From Trueperaceae bacterium (GTDB lineage: Bacteria; Deinococcota; Deinococci; Deinococcales; Trueperaceae): 64,000 nt of DNA. A program made the translations under genes and the position numbers. Shown piece after piece: positions 46,707 to 56,437 of this stretch (within the stretch, counting starts at the first letter, position 1; each line of letters starts with the position of its first letter). The stretch covers positions 4,224,001 through 4,288,000 of the forward strand of contig OZ243927.1 in the NCBI GenBank assembly GCA_965213925.1, read 5' to 3'. The notes beneath the pieces were generated by a model. It worked only from the letters and a program-made list of their open reading frames with translations. It did no database searches and had not been told where the DNA came from.

Positions 46707-46810
46707 AAGGACTGAGGGCTAAGGTCTGAGAGAAAAGATTTTACTTTTACCTCAGTCCTTAGTCCTTTTCTCTCAATCCTTTTACCCCTTTTGTAATTGC
46801 TCATTGCTTC
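46707..46810. repeat. AGGACTG/CTCAGTC heptamer palindromic repeat, copy 3
   Basis: AAGGACTGAGGGCTAAGGTCTGAG ... CTCAGTCCTTAGTCCTT just after glyA, followed by ATTGCTCATTGC. Confidence 0.7.
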
Positions 46811-46835
46811 TCCTCGTACGGAATGAGGATGTCTG

Positions 46836-47471
46836 ATGTTTGAACTCGACCACCTAGTTATTGCAGCAAGAGACTTGGATGAGGGGTCAACCTTCGTCCA
46901 AGACCTTTTAGGTGCGCCGTTAGAGCCCGGCGGCAAACACACCGCGATGGGGACGCACAACCGCTTGCTCAACTTGGGCGAGGGGGTATACTTAGAGGTC
47001 ATCACCCTAGACCCCGACGCGCCCGCACTCAATCGACCCCGCTGGTTTGGTTTGGATACTAGGGAGGTTCAAGAGAGGTTGGAGCAGGGACCGACGCTCC
47101 TACATTGGGTGGCTCGAGCGAAAAAAGGTATCTCTCTTCAAGATACCGACATTTCCGAGGAAGTCTTTGGACACGTCACACCGATGCAGCGCGGCGACCT
47201 GAGCTGGCTCATCACGGTTCCAGAAGACGGACACTTGCCCGCTGGTGGCGTCCTCCCAACCCTGATTGATTGGGGCGGTGCGCCGCACCCGACGACGAAG
47301 CTGCCGGAGAGAGGCTTGAAGCTCGTCAAGCTGCGCGGCTTTCATCCTGAGCCTCAGAAGACAAGATCAGTGCTTGCTGAGTTGGGTTTGGAAGAGGTCA
47401 TCGAAATTCAAAAAGGTGAGGTGGGGTTAGGGGCTGAAATCGAAACGCCGCAAGGAGCCGTTACAATCTGA
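46836..47471 (+). CDS. VOC/glyoxalase-like domain protein
   Basis: LDHLVI, GGKHTAMGTHNRL, YLEVI, PRWFGLD, PTLIDW. Confidence 0.88.
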   Translation: MFELDHLVIAARDLDEGSTFVQDLLGAPLEPGGKHTAMGTHNRLLNLGEGVYLEVITLDPDAPALNRPRWFGLDTREVQERLEQGPTLLHWVARAKKGISLQDTDISEEVFGHVTPMQRGDLSWLITVPEDGHLPAGGVLPTLIDWGGAPHPTTKLPERGLKLVKLRGFHPEPQKTRSVLAELGLEEVIEIQKGEVGLGAEIETPQGAVTI

Positions 47472-47490
47472 AGTGCGCTGTTCATTAGGG

Positions 47491-47931
47491 CTACTTACCG
47501 GACTTTACAACGCTCCAATACGGGGTCTTCGTCATCACAAAGTGTTCTCGAGAAAATTCGCCGTTCACCTCGTACTCGGCTGAAGCTCTGTACACTTTAT
47601 CAAGCTCGCAGCGTATCCTGTCGCAAGGTCCCAGGGTTGAGAGGGTTGCGAGATAGTCGGGCTCGAGTTCTACTGCGGTAACCCTCACGTCGTCGTCATG
47701 AGTGGGAACAGAAAGATTATCCCAGGGAAATTCGACAACCTGCGAGGAGAAATAGTTCTCTAAGTATACGGCGGCTGAGCTTCGCAAGTCGTCCGTCACT
47801 CGCCCGAAACTCAGAATGAAAAAGAGCCACATCAACCCCACGAAGATGCCGACGACGATACAAGAGCACAAGATAAGGTGCAGAATGAATCCGCTACCAT
47901 TAAAGCTAGGTTGAGGCGTTTTCGTTTGCAT
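47491..47931 (-). CDS. Hypothetical membrane-anchored protein
   Basis: Single N-terminal TM segment followed by a soluble domain. Confidence 0.55.
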   Translation of the reverse strand: MQTKTPQPSFNGSGFILHLILCSCIVVGIFVGLMWLFFILSFGRVTDDLRSSAAVYLENYFSSQVVEFPWDNLSVPTHDDDVRVTAVELEPDYLATLSTLGPCDRIRCELDKVYRASAEYEVNGEFSREHFVMTKTPYWSVVKSGK

Positions 47932-48130
47932 GGAGCTTTGCACAAGGTATTGTAGACCTCCACCATTGACATACCGCCGCCAAAGTTCACAGCAAACCGT
48001 CCCTAAAATCCAAAAGTTAAAAGCTTGTCATCTGCGTGCCGGAACAGTCTTAACTAAGAAACTTTATACAACCTCTATCAAGGAACCTGCCTTACATCCT
48101 TTTACATCCTGCCTGGTACGATTGCAGGAT

Positions 48131-48694
48131 ATGGAACGTATGCACGGAACTACTATTGTCGCTGTCCACAAGGACGGCGTTTCAGCCATAGCGGGCGACG
48201 GTCAGGTCACGCTCGGCGATACGATTGTAAAGCGCGGCGCAACAAAGGTGCGGAGCCTAATGGACGGGCAAGTTATCGCGGGTTTCGCAGGCGCAGTCGC
48301 GGACGCTTTTACGCTCCTAGAAAAGTTCGAAGGCTACCTCTCGTCCGCGAAGGGCAACCTGCTCAAAGCCTCCGTCGAAACAGTTAAAGAGTGGCGTTCT
48401 GACAAGATGCTGCGCAACTTAGAGGCGATGCTCATCGTCGCGGATAGCGAGCAAATCCTGACCCTTTCGGGCGTCGGCGATGTCATTGCGCCCGACGAAT
48501 CAGTGATGGCGACGGGCTCGGGCGGCGCGTACGCACAAGCCGCCGCGATCGCCTTGATGCGCCATAGCGATATGGGCGCGAAAGAGATCGCGGAGACTGC
48601 CCTAAAGATCGCCGCCGACATCGACATCTATACGAGCGGTACGGCGACGGTGCTCACGGTAAGTGATAGTGACAAAGAGGAAGGTGACGCATGA
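48131..48694 (+). CDS. hslV: ATP-dependent protease peptidase subunit HslV
   Basis: HGTTIVAV, GDGQVT, GFAGAVADA, GSGG, DIYT; start moved to ATG 48131. Confidence 0.96.
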   Translation: MERMHGTTIVAVHKDGVSAIAGDGQVTLGDTIVKRGATKVRSLMDGQVIAGFAGAVADAFTLLEKFEGYLSSAKGNLLKASVETVKEWRSDKMLRNLEAMLIVADSEQILTLSGVGDVIAPDESVMATGSGGAYAQAAAIALMRHSDMGAKEIAETALKIAADIDIYTSGTATVLTVSDSDKEEGDA

Positions 48695-50001
48695 CCTTAG
48701 AACTGAGCAAGCCCGCTTCGGGCATGAACTTGACGCCTTTGGAGATCGTCGCCGAGTTGGACAAGCACATTATCGGACAGCACAAGGCGAAGCGTTCGGT
48801 GGCGGTGGCGCTGCGCAACCACTACCGCAGACGGCAACTCTCCGAAGCGATGCAAGCCGAGGTGACGCCCAAAAACATCCTGATGATTGGTCCTACGGGC
48901 GTCGGCAAAACCGAAATCGCCCGTCGGCTCGCTAAGCTTGCCAAAGCGCCCTTTATCAAAGTCGAGGCGACGAAGTTCACCGAAGTCGGCTACGTCGGGC
49001 GCGACGTCGAGTCGATGGTGCGCGACCTCGTGCAAGCGGCGTACGTGATGATCGAAGAGGAGCAGTTGGAGGGCGTCCAAGAACGCGCGGCAAGAAATGC
49101 CGAGGAGAAGCTCCTGGATTACCTCCTGCCCGGCGGCACCGAAGAGGGGCGCGAGAAGATGCGGGCGCTTTTAGAAGCGGGCAAGTTAGAAGACCGCACC
49201 ATCGAGATCGAAGTCAAGGACGAGCGCCCCAATCAGATGATGATTCCGGGGATGGAAGAGATGGGCATGAACCTGCAGGACATGATGTCGAACCTCATGC
49301 CCAAAAAGCGCACGCGCCGCAAGACGAGCGTACGTGACGCTAGGGAAGCCTTGAAAGCCGAAGAAGCCGAGAAGCTTGTGGACTATGACGACGTGTCCCG
49401 AGAAGCCATCTGGCGAGCGGAGAACTCAGGCATTATCTTCATAGACGAGTTGGATAAGGTCGCAGGCAACGAGCAGGGCGGCGGCTCGGACGTGTCAGGT
49501 GAAGGCGTGCAGCGCGACCTCTTGCCGATTGTTGAAGGCACGCAGGTCAAGACGCGCTACGGACAGGTCAAGACCGACCACACCCTCTTCATCGCGGCGG
49601 GCGCGTTTAACGTCTCGAAGCCTTCCGACCTCATCCCCGAACTGCAAGGGCGCTTTCCAATTCGGGTAGAACTAGAAGAACTCTCCGCCAGCGACTTCCA
49701 ACTCATCTTGACGCAACCGCAGCACTCGCTCACCAAGCAGTACACCGAACTCCTCAAGGTGGACGGCACCCGCGTCCGTTTCGACGAGTCGGGCATCGAG
49801 GCGATTGCCGAGTACAGCGCTCAAGTGAATCAAGAGGTCGAGGACATCGGGGCGCGGCGGCTGCATACAGTGTTGGAAACGGTTTTAGAAGACCTCTCCT
49901 TTGGGACGCAGCTCGGCGACGTAACTGTGAACGGCGAGTACGTGACGAAGAAGCTCGAGTCTATCGTCGAAGATGAAGACCTGAGCCGTTACGTTCTGTA
50001 G
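48691..50001 (+). CDS. hslU: ATP-dependent protease ATPase subunit HslU
   Basis: GPTGVGKTE, GYVGRDV, FIDELDK, GVQRDLLP, IGARRL. Confidence 0.97.
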   Translation: MTLELSKPASGMNLTPLEIVAELDKHIIGQHKAKRSVAVALRNHYRRRQLSEAMQAEVTPKNILMIGPTGVGKTEIARRLAKLAKAPFIKVEATKFTEVGYVGRDVESMVRDLVQAAYVMIEEEQLEGVQERAARNAEEKLLDYLLPGGTEEGREKMRALLEAGKLEDRTIEIEVKDERPNQMMIPGMEEMGMNLQDMMSNLMPKKRTRRKTSVRDAREALKAEEAEKLVDYDDVSREAIWRAENSGIIFIDELDKVAGNEQGGGSDVSGEGVQRDLLPIVEGTQVKTRYGQVKTDHTLFIAAGAFNVSKPSDLIPELQGRFPIRVELEELSASDFQLILTQPQHSLTKQYTELLKVDGTRVRFDESGIEAIAEYSAQVNQEVEDIGARRLHTVLETVLEDLSFGTQLGDVTVNGEYVTKKLESIVEDEDLSRYVL

Positions 50002-50003
50002 AG

Positions 50004-50474
50004 ATGTCTGAGCTAGAACACTACGAAGAGGTCTACGGCGACGCAATCTACTATGCGAGCAATGGTGACGAGGAACTTGCTTTTGTTTTGAGCGAGCAAG
50101 AAACGGGCGCGACACTCTTTGGAGGTCGCGCCTTTACATTAGTTACGGCGCAGAATCCGCAGAGCACGCCGCTCTCGGAAGAGGAGAACAGAGAGAGGAA
50201 TGAGCGGCTCGAGCAACACCTCTTAGCGAAGAACTACGACTACGGACCCAGCCTCGGCAAATCGACTGACGGCAGTTGGGAAGAGGCGGGTTTTACCGTT
50301 TTTGACCTCACGTTGGAGGACGCTCTAGCATTAGGGTCTCAGTTCGGGCAACACGCGGTAGTTTATGGCGAAGGTGAGAAGGCCGCGCTCGCTTGGTGTG
50401 AGGATAGAAGGCTCGAGTGGTTCTATCCGAAACTCTTACCGCTTCAAGATGAATCCGCGCAACTCGAACGTTGA
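50004..50474 (+). CDS. DUF3293-like protein
   Basis: VTAQNP, EN..RN..L, WEE, FGQHAV. Confidence 0.75.
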   Translation: MSELEHYEEVYGDAIYYASNGDEELAFVLSEQETGATLFGGRAFTLVTAQNPQSTPLSEEENRERNERLEQHLLAKNYDYGPSLGKSTDGSWEEAGFTVFDLTLEDALALGSQFGQHAVVYGEGEKAALAWCEDRRLEWFYPKLLPLQDESAQLER

Positions 50475-50557
50475 AGTGCGGCGTGACGCTCTAGCCTTTA
50501 CGCTCATACCACTTGCCTGCTAAGGTTGACCATGAGTTTATTCCAGCGAGCGACGTT

Positions 50558-51526
50558 ATGAAAAGCATCCTTATAAGCGAGTATGGCGGGTCTGAGGTGC
50601 TTACTTATAGAGACCTTCCCATCCCCGAGCCGAGCGTGGGTCAGGTGCGCATTAAAACAGCGTTTACGAGCGTCAACTTTGCGGACATCAAGAGGCGGCG
50701 CGGAGGCGCGTCTCAGCTTCCCTTTACGCCGGGGTTGGACGCGAGCGGTGTGGTGGACGCGGTGGGCGATAACGTTGACGATTTTGAGGTCGGGCAGCGC
50801 GTCGCGGCGTATGTGGCAGCGGGCTCTTACGCCGAGTACGTTCTCGCGGAGGCTGAGCTGTGCTATCCCTTGCCCGACGCGGTCTCGTTTGAGCAAGGCG
50901 CGGGCATCGGCATTTTGATGACCGCCTATAACGTGCTGACGAATGCAGGACGATTTCGAACGGGGGAAAGCGTCCTGGTTCACGCGGGCGCGGGTGGCGT
51001 GGGAAGCACATTGGTGCAACTCGCTAGAGCACTAGGCGCTGAGCGTATCTTTGCGACGGTTGGTAGCGATGAAAAAGCAGACATTGCGGCGCGGATGGGC
51101 GCGAATGAGGTTATCAACTACCGAGAACGCTCGTTTGATGAGGTCATTAACGAGAAGACGGACGGAGAGGGCGTCGACCTCATCCTCGATTCGGTGGCTG
51201 GACCCAACGCCGAACGTGGGCTGAACTGCCTGGCTGACTTTGGGCGCTTGGTTATCTACGGTCATACGGGCGAAGGGGGCGCGGCGTCTATCAGTAGCAA
51301 GTTGCTCCATAGGAGCAACCGCGCCGTGATCGGCTACAGCAGCGGTGGTTATAGAAAATCTCGTCCTGAAGTGTTGCGAGGGGTGGCGCGGAAGGGGCTC
51401 GAGCTTCTCTCTTCGCGTAACGTCAATATCTTGATTGGGGAGCGCTTCAAGTTAGAGGACGCTGCCGCCGCGCACGACTGGGTGGAGAGTCGGCGGAGCG
51501 TGGGGAAGGTGCTACTCGAGCCGTGA
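50558..51526 (+). CDS. NADPH:quinone oxidoreductase (MDR family)
   Basis: YGGSEVL, VNFAD, PGLDASG, HAGAGGVG, GKVLL; start at ATG 50558. Confidence 0.9.
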   Translation: MKSILISEYGGSEVLTYRDLPIPEPSVGQVRIKTAFTSVNFADIKRRRGGASQLPFTPGLDASGVVDAVGDNVDDFEVGQRVAAYVAAGSYAEYVLAEAELCYPLPDAVSFEQGAGIGILMTAYNVLTNAGRFRTGESVLVHAGAGGVGSTLVQLARALGAERIFATVGSDEKADIAARMGANEVINYRERSFDEVINEKTDGEGVDLILDSVAGPNAERGLNCLADFGRLVIYGHTGEGGAASISSKLLHRSNRAVIGYSSGGYRKSRPEVLRGVARKGLELLSSRNVNILIGERFKLEDAAAAHDWVESRRSVGKVLLEP

Positions 51527-51711
51527 GAGATATACCCGCTTCGCAGGGCTTACGTAGTTTTGACCTCCGTCAAACAGGTCATCTCGTTATAAGCCCTAGC
51601 GGGTAGTATCCGGTTATCAACGCTCGCTCTGGATGATGCGTTGTGCAACCACAAAGCCTACGTCAAGCGTTGTTTTTTAGCGGTGTAACAGTAAAGGGTG
51701 AGATCACAGTG

Positions 51712-52428
51712 TCACCGAACGGTAACGAAAAGGTCCGCATACCGCTCTCGCAGCACACCCGCGAGCGCCCGAAGCCCCCACCGCTCACAGCGCTCGTGTC
51801 CTACCTCTAAAATGTTCATGCTTGTATTGTCCACCGCATCTTGCGCGTGGTCTCTGTATTGCCCCGTAATATAGACGTTCGCGCCGCGTTCACGCGCCTC
51901 GCGCACGAGCTTGTCGCGCATCGCGCCGACGACGCAGACTCGCGTGACATGCTCTTCTTCGGGTTCCGTCTTGAGATACGCTCCCTCTAAACCGCCGAAG
52001 ACCTCTTCGACCTGAACCCGGAACGTCTGCAAATCTGTACGCGGAACGTTGCCAATCATGCCGAGAGGTCTACCCTCTTTGTACCCTAAGACTTCTAACT
52101 CACTCACGAGCAGCACGTCCGCTAAACGCGGGTTATAGCCTGTGGTCAGCAGTTCATCGAACGCATAGTGGTACGCTAAAATGCCCACCTCTCCCTCTGG
52201 CGCTTTCACCTTCTCTAACTTCCAGGGTCGGTGGATGAAAAGGGCGTCGAGCTTATTCTTCTTCGTCCAGTCGGCGAGTTTAGGGAAAGGCTCGAGCAGG
52301 AGCCCCATACGCTTGACAGGTTTCTCCGACTTATCGGGCGCTCGATAAATCCCGTTTTGGTCACTGCCGAAGCGCTCAGCGGAGAAGTAAAGGCTCAAAA
52401 AATCATTAAGGTCGCTTAGGGTCGGCAT
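51712..52428 (-). CDS. NIF3-like dinuclear metal centre protein
   Basis: H..FD motif, YITG, VGHERCERWG. Confidence 0.75.
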   Translation of the reverse strand: MPTLSDLNDFLSLYFSAERFGSDQNGIYRAPDKSEKPVKRMGLLLEPFPKLADWTKKNKLDALFIHRPWKLEKVKAPEGEVGILAYHYAFDELLTTGYNPRLADVLLVSELEVLGYKEGRPLGMIGNVPRTDLQTFRVQVEEVFGGLEGAYLKTEPEEEHVTRVCVVGAMRDKLVREARERGANVYITGQYRDHAQDAVDNTSMNILEVGHERCERWGLRALAGVLRERYADLFVTVR

Positions 52429-52496
52429 AGTGCTCCAACTTTACGTCGTCAACGCGAATGAATTCGTGAAGCTAAGAGCTATCGCAGGAATGAGGT

Positions 52497-53339
52497 CTAC
52501 AAATTCCAAAATTGGAGCTTGACCTCTTCACCTAAGCTCTTTGCCGCAAAGGTCGAGAGCCCGTCGCGGTCAGGCGGCTCTAAGTAGTAGCGGAAATTAT
52601 TCAGGTAGCGCTGAATGACGAGAGGCGACAACCCAAGGTGGTCGGCTTCGGCTGCTGCAACAGCGGCAAGCTGACCGAGCCCAACCTCTCTCACGCGGCG
52701 CAGCTCTGACACGAGCTTTTCCGAGGGCGGATTATCTTTGCGCGACGCCCACACCGCAAAGGTAAAAGGCAAGCGCGTAAGCGCGTACCAGGCTTCGCCT
52801 AAGTCGGTGACAAGGGGTCTCCTGCCGCGAATATCTCGAGGCTCCACCGCCTCAATCAGCGCACTATCCCCAATAAGCAATGCCGCGTCGCACTGCTCTA
52901 ACATCACGTCCAAATTCGGCTCCATCGGTACGAATTCAGCATTGATGCCCGATTCTTTGAGTAAAACTTTAAGAAGCTGCACACTCGTCGCGGAGTCTGT
53001 GGTTAAAGCGATGCGCTTGCCCGAGAGGTCGTCCCAGGGTTCCCAATGAAAGAGCATCACGCTGTAGACGGGTCCGAGGGTTGAGATGGAGAAATCCGGT
53101 AGGGCTTTGAGTTCGTCGCTATGGCGCAAGAACTCGTAGCTCGAGATAAGCGTCAAATCAATCTCACCGTTTAGGAGCATCCGGTTAAGCTCTGTCGGCA
53201 CGCCGCGCACGAATTCCGCCCCGCGCCAAGGCTCTAAACCCCAATGCAGCGGCGCGACGTTCGTATACGAGACGATGCCCAAGCGCTCCACGGTCTTACT
53301 CGTCTTCTGCGCTTCGGGTAGGAGGTTCGAAAGGTTCAC
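52497..53339 (-). CDS. mqnA: Chorismate dehydratase (futalosine pathway)
   Basis: SYTNVAPL, VPTELN, GPVYSV, SATSV, LLIGDSAL, DLGEAW, LPFTFAVW. Confidence 0.9.
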   Translation of the reverse strand: MNLSNLLPEAQKTSKTVERLGIVSYTNVAPLHWGLEPWRGAEFVRGVPTELNRMLLNGEIDLTLISSYEFLRHSDELKALPDFSISTLGPVYSVMLFHWEPWDDLSGKRIALTTDSATSVQLLKVLLKESGINAEFVPMEPNLDVMLEQCDAALLIGDSALIEAVEPRDIRGRRPLVTDLGEAWYALTRLPFTFAVWASRKDNPPSEKLVSELRRVREVGLGQLAAVAAAEADHLGLSPLVIQRYLNNFRYYLEPPDRDGLSTFAAKSLGEEVKLQFWNL

Positions 53340-53719
53340 GCGGCGACCTCTCGGATGATTTCATGTCCTGCGGATTCCAAGATGTGGATGGCGGACTCGA
53401 GAGACTCCGCTTTAACCAAGAGGTAGTCCGTATCGAAGGTTGATAGCGCAAAGATACTGATACCCACTTCGGCAAGAGGTGAGGCGAGTGAGGCTAGAAT
53501 TCCAGTGAGGTGAAACTCTAAGGTTCCCGCTACACGTAAACACCGCCAACCTCTTTCAGCTTGAACCTCTTCTGGTACGTCTGCCGCGTTGCAGATGATA
53601 GAAAGCTCGCTGCCAGTGCGCGTGACGCTTTGAAAATCGCCAGAAATCCATGTGGGAAGCTCGGCGTCGGCAGGTAGGCGGCAGACGGCGAGAGAGGTGG
53701 GGAGAAGCTCGAGGGTCAT
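53336..53719 (-). CDS. Tandem ACT-domain protein
   Basis: SVTRT..ELSI, GWRCL, TGILA, GISIFALSTFDTDYLLV. Confidence 0.88.
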   Translation of the reverse strand: MTLELLPTSLAVCRLPADAELPTWISGDFQSVTRTGSELSIICNAADVPEEVQAERGWRCLRVAGTLEFHLTGILASLASPLAEVGISIFALSTFDTDYLLVKAESLESAIHILESAGHEIIREVAA

Positions 53720-53725
53720 AACGAA

Positions 53726-53857
53726 ATGTCACCCTGAACCTTTAGGTGAAGGGTCTCGTCTTTCATTCTCTATCAGAGGAGTCAGCAAGGTCAGAGATTC
53801 TTTCTCTCCACTTCGTGGAGTCTATCCTATAGCTCGCTGTAGGGTTCAGAATGACAT
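53726..53857. repeat. REP/MITE-like element with imperfect terminal inverted repeats
   Basis: ATGTCACCCTGAACC ... GGTTCAGAATGACAT (2 mismatches) with internal hairpins. Confidence 0.65.
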
Positions 53858-53878
53858 AGTTCATTATTCACCCAGCGC

Positions 53879-55003
53879 CTAGGCGTGCACCTCTAACTCG
53901 TTATAAAGCGCGTCCCGCTTCACCGGCACTCTGCCCGCATCTTTAATGAGCCGAATCAGCTCCCCTTCGGTCATGCCCGTCTCCGTACTCGCCCCCGAAG
54001 CGTGCGCGATGCGCTCGTCTTTAATCGTCCCGTCGATATCCGAGACGCCCGCCGAGAGGGTCACTTGGGTCAGCTCGGGCGTGATCATAATCCAGTAGCC
54101 TTTGATATGCGGAAAGTTGTCGAGCATGATGCGGGCAACGGCCAAGTTGCGCAGGTCATCTAGTCCGGTGGTGAATTCGCTCTTGTTGAGTTCTTTGGCG
54201 AGCGGGTTGTTGTCGGGCTGGAAGGCTAGAGGGATGAAGGAGAAGAAACCGGGCGACTCGTCTTGGAGTTGGCGGAGGCGAATCATGTGGTCCATGCGGT
54301 CCTCGAGCGTCTCCACATGCCCGTAGAGCATCGTCGCGTTCGTCGGAATGCCGAGTTCGTGCGCGGTGCGGTGCACCTCTAACCAGCCTTCCGCCGTCAC
54401 TTTAGCGCGTGCAATCTTCCGCCTGACCTCTTCGGCGAAGATTTCCGCGCCGCCGCCGGGCATCGCCACGAGCCCGACCTCTTTGAGTTCGGACAAGACC
54501 TCTCTATACGTCTTGCGCGGGCGCGTGATTTTGGTGAAGTGGTGAATCTCAGCCGCCGTCCACGCCTTGACCTGATAGCCGCGCTCGGTGAGCCCGGCGA
54601 CGAGGTCTAGGTAGTAGTCCCACTTGCGCTTGGGGTGATGTCCTGAGGAGATATGGATTTCGGTCAGCTCGGGGTGGTGGTGCTCTTCCATGTACGCCCA
54701 CACGTCCTCTAGGTCCATGTCCCAGACGCCCGCTTCGCCCAACTTGCGCTGGAAGCCGCAGAAGGTGCAGCCGACGTAGCAGATGTTCGTTTGAGAAAGG
54801 CGCAAAGAGTGAACGTAGTAGGCTTTATCGCCCACCCTGCGCTCGCGTACGATGTCGGCTAAACGGGCGAGCGTGGGAAAGTCGTGTGTGTGGAAAAGGG
54901 TCATCCCCTCGTCGAACGTAAGGCGCTTGCCCTCTAAGACCTTGTCGGCTAGGGGCTCGAGCTTAGGGTCGCTGATGTAGAGGTCTTTAAGCGCGGCAAT
55001 CAT
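53879..55003 (-). CDS. mqnE: Aminofutalosine synthase (radical SAM)
   Basis: TNICYVGCTFC, MPGGGAEIF, NATMLYGH, FIPLAFQ, HIKGYW; TATAAT 7 nt before ATG 55003; upstream of mqnA. Confidence 0.88.
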   Translation of the reverse strand: MIAALKDLYISDPKLEPLADKVLEGKRLTFDEGMTLFHTHDFPTLARLADIVRERRVGDKAYYVHSLRLSQTNICYVGCTFCGFQRKLGEAGVWDMDLEDVWAYMEEHHHPELTEIHISSGHHPKRKWDYYLDLVAGLTERGYQVKAWTAAEIHHFTKITRPRKTYREVLSELKEVGLVAMPGGGAEIFAEEVRRKIARAKVTAEGWLEVHRTAHELGIPTNATMLYGHVETLEDRMDHMIRLRQLQDESPGFFSFIPLAFQPDNNPLAKELNKSEFTTGLDDLRNLAVARIMLDNFPHIKGYWIMITPELTQVTLSAGVSDIDGTIKDERIAHASGASTETGMTEGELIRLIKDAGRVPVKRDALYNELEVHA

Positions 55004-55136
55004 TAACCTCATTATAGTCTTGTGGTGCCAAGTCTGATGGTGCGCAGCTTGCACAACCTTTCACAAATAACGTTATACGGAATTGCACGGTTTACTTATC
55101 CTTACCGAAAGCGTCGGAGCTTACCATCACAGATGG

Positions 55137-55166
55137 GCACGACATAGTTTGCAAACTATGTCGTGC
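55137..55166. repeat. Perfect 30-bp palindrome
   Basis: GCACGACATAGTTTGCAAACTATGTCGTGC. Confidence 0.8.
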
Positions 55167-55270
55167 AACCTCGTATTACTTGAAGTCAACAAATGTACAG
55201 CTCAGCGCTGAGGTGCCAGGGTAAACTCGACAAATCATCACATCGTTTCAACAACTTGAAGGGGTCAAGC

Positions 55271-55933
55271 ATGGTCGAATCATCATTTAAGGAGTCCAAC
55301 ACGCGCACAGCACAACGCGGAGTTTACTGGAGCTTCCTCGTTTTCAACATCATCACTGCTGTCGTTTTCACACTCTGGGTCATCTTCACCAAAGGACGAA
55401 TCGTCTTTGAAACGCCCATCATGCGCTATTTCTTCGAAATGCGCGGAGCCACGCTAACCGTATTTATGGAAGCCGTGAGCTTTATCGGCGGCGTACCGAT
55501 GAGCATTGCCATCGCTGCGGTGGTGCTCCTCTTGCTGTGGCGCTACGCGAAAGACGAACTGCTCTTTTTCTTCGTGAGCTTAGCCGGAGCCTCGGCGATT
55601 TCCGCGACGCTGAAGTTTGCCGTGGGTAGAGAGCGCCCGGGTATGTTTCCGGCGCTGCCCGGTCACTCGTCCTCGACGCCCGCGTATCCGAGCGGTCACG
55701 CGACGAGCGGGATGGCGCTCTATCTGGCGCTCTACTTCATCGTCGATAGAAAATTGCCGCGCTACCGCGTCGCTTTCGCGATTTTTAGCGTGCTGCTCTT
55801 GGCAGGAATTGTGATCTCGAGGCTCTACATCCAGGCGCACTACCCGACGGATATCTTTGGCGGCTTAGCGATGGGGATCGCTTGGGTGATGGCGGTGAAC
55901 TTGTTTTTACCCAGGGACACGGACTCGCACTGA
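55271..55933 (+). CDS. PAP2-family membrane phosphatase
   Basis: K...GRERP, YPSGH, SRLYIQAHYPTD. Confidence 0.9.
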   Translation: MVESSFKESNTRTAQRGVYWSFLVFNIITAVVFTLWVIFTKGRIVFETPIMRYFFEMRGATLTVFMEAVSFIGGVPMSIAIAAVVLLLLWRYAKDELLFFFVSLAGASAISATLKFAVGRERPGMFPALPGHSSSTPAYPSGHATSGMALYLALYFIVDRKLPRYRVAFAIFSVLLLAGIVISRLYIQAHYPTDIFGGLAMGIAWVMAVNLFLPRDTDSH

Positions 55934-56011
55934 TGCGCGTCGGAATAGAGCGAACACAGCTCGACCGTCTCGAAATCTGCGGCGGCGACCGGTCGCCGCC
56001 GCCCACAAATG

Positions 56012-56284
56012 CTAGTTCTGTTCGCCGCCCGCCCGTTTTGTAGGCTCCGCAATCGCGCCGTAACGCGCCTCGAATTTGCGCACGTTGTCCTCTAAGCTCC
56101 GCAAGAGCGCTTTGGCGTGCTGCGGGCTGGTGATGATCCGCGAATTCACCGTGGGCGACTGTCCGGGGTAGGCTAAAGCGAAGTCGAGGATGAATTCATC
56201 TTTGGTGTGCGCGATAATTGCGACGTTGGCGTAGCGTCCGAGGGCGGTTTCTTTGTCAACCTCGAGCTTGATCTCTTTTTTCAT
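56012..56284 (-). CDS. DUF3467-like protein
   Basis: GRYAN...H...EFILDF...RII.SP.HAK...L..N...FE..YG.I. Confidence 0.8.
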   Translation of the reverse strand: MKKEIKLEVDKETALGRYANVAIIAHTKDEFILDFALAYPGQSPTVNSRIITSPQHAKALLRSLEDNVRKFEARYGAIAEPTKRAGGEQN

Positions 56285-56437
56285 GCTCTAGTCTAGCGCA
56301 GATAGCGAGTACGCTCTGGTTATAGGCACAAGCTATAGGAACGTTGAGCCGTAAAACGCAGCACGGTACCTGCGCCGCTCAACCCTTACGGCGTGCGAGG
56401 AGTCGAGCGCAGCCGCGCCCAATCCAACAAGATAGCT

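Noticed and set aside
47930..48130. N-terminal extensions given by the ORF track for hslV (also pilT, mqnE, the DAHP synthase, the 43061 ORF and the S55 peptidase)
   Set aside because: The extensions overlap promoters, repeats or neighbouring genes; family motifs and -10/RBS positions support the shorter starts.
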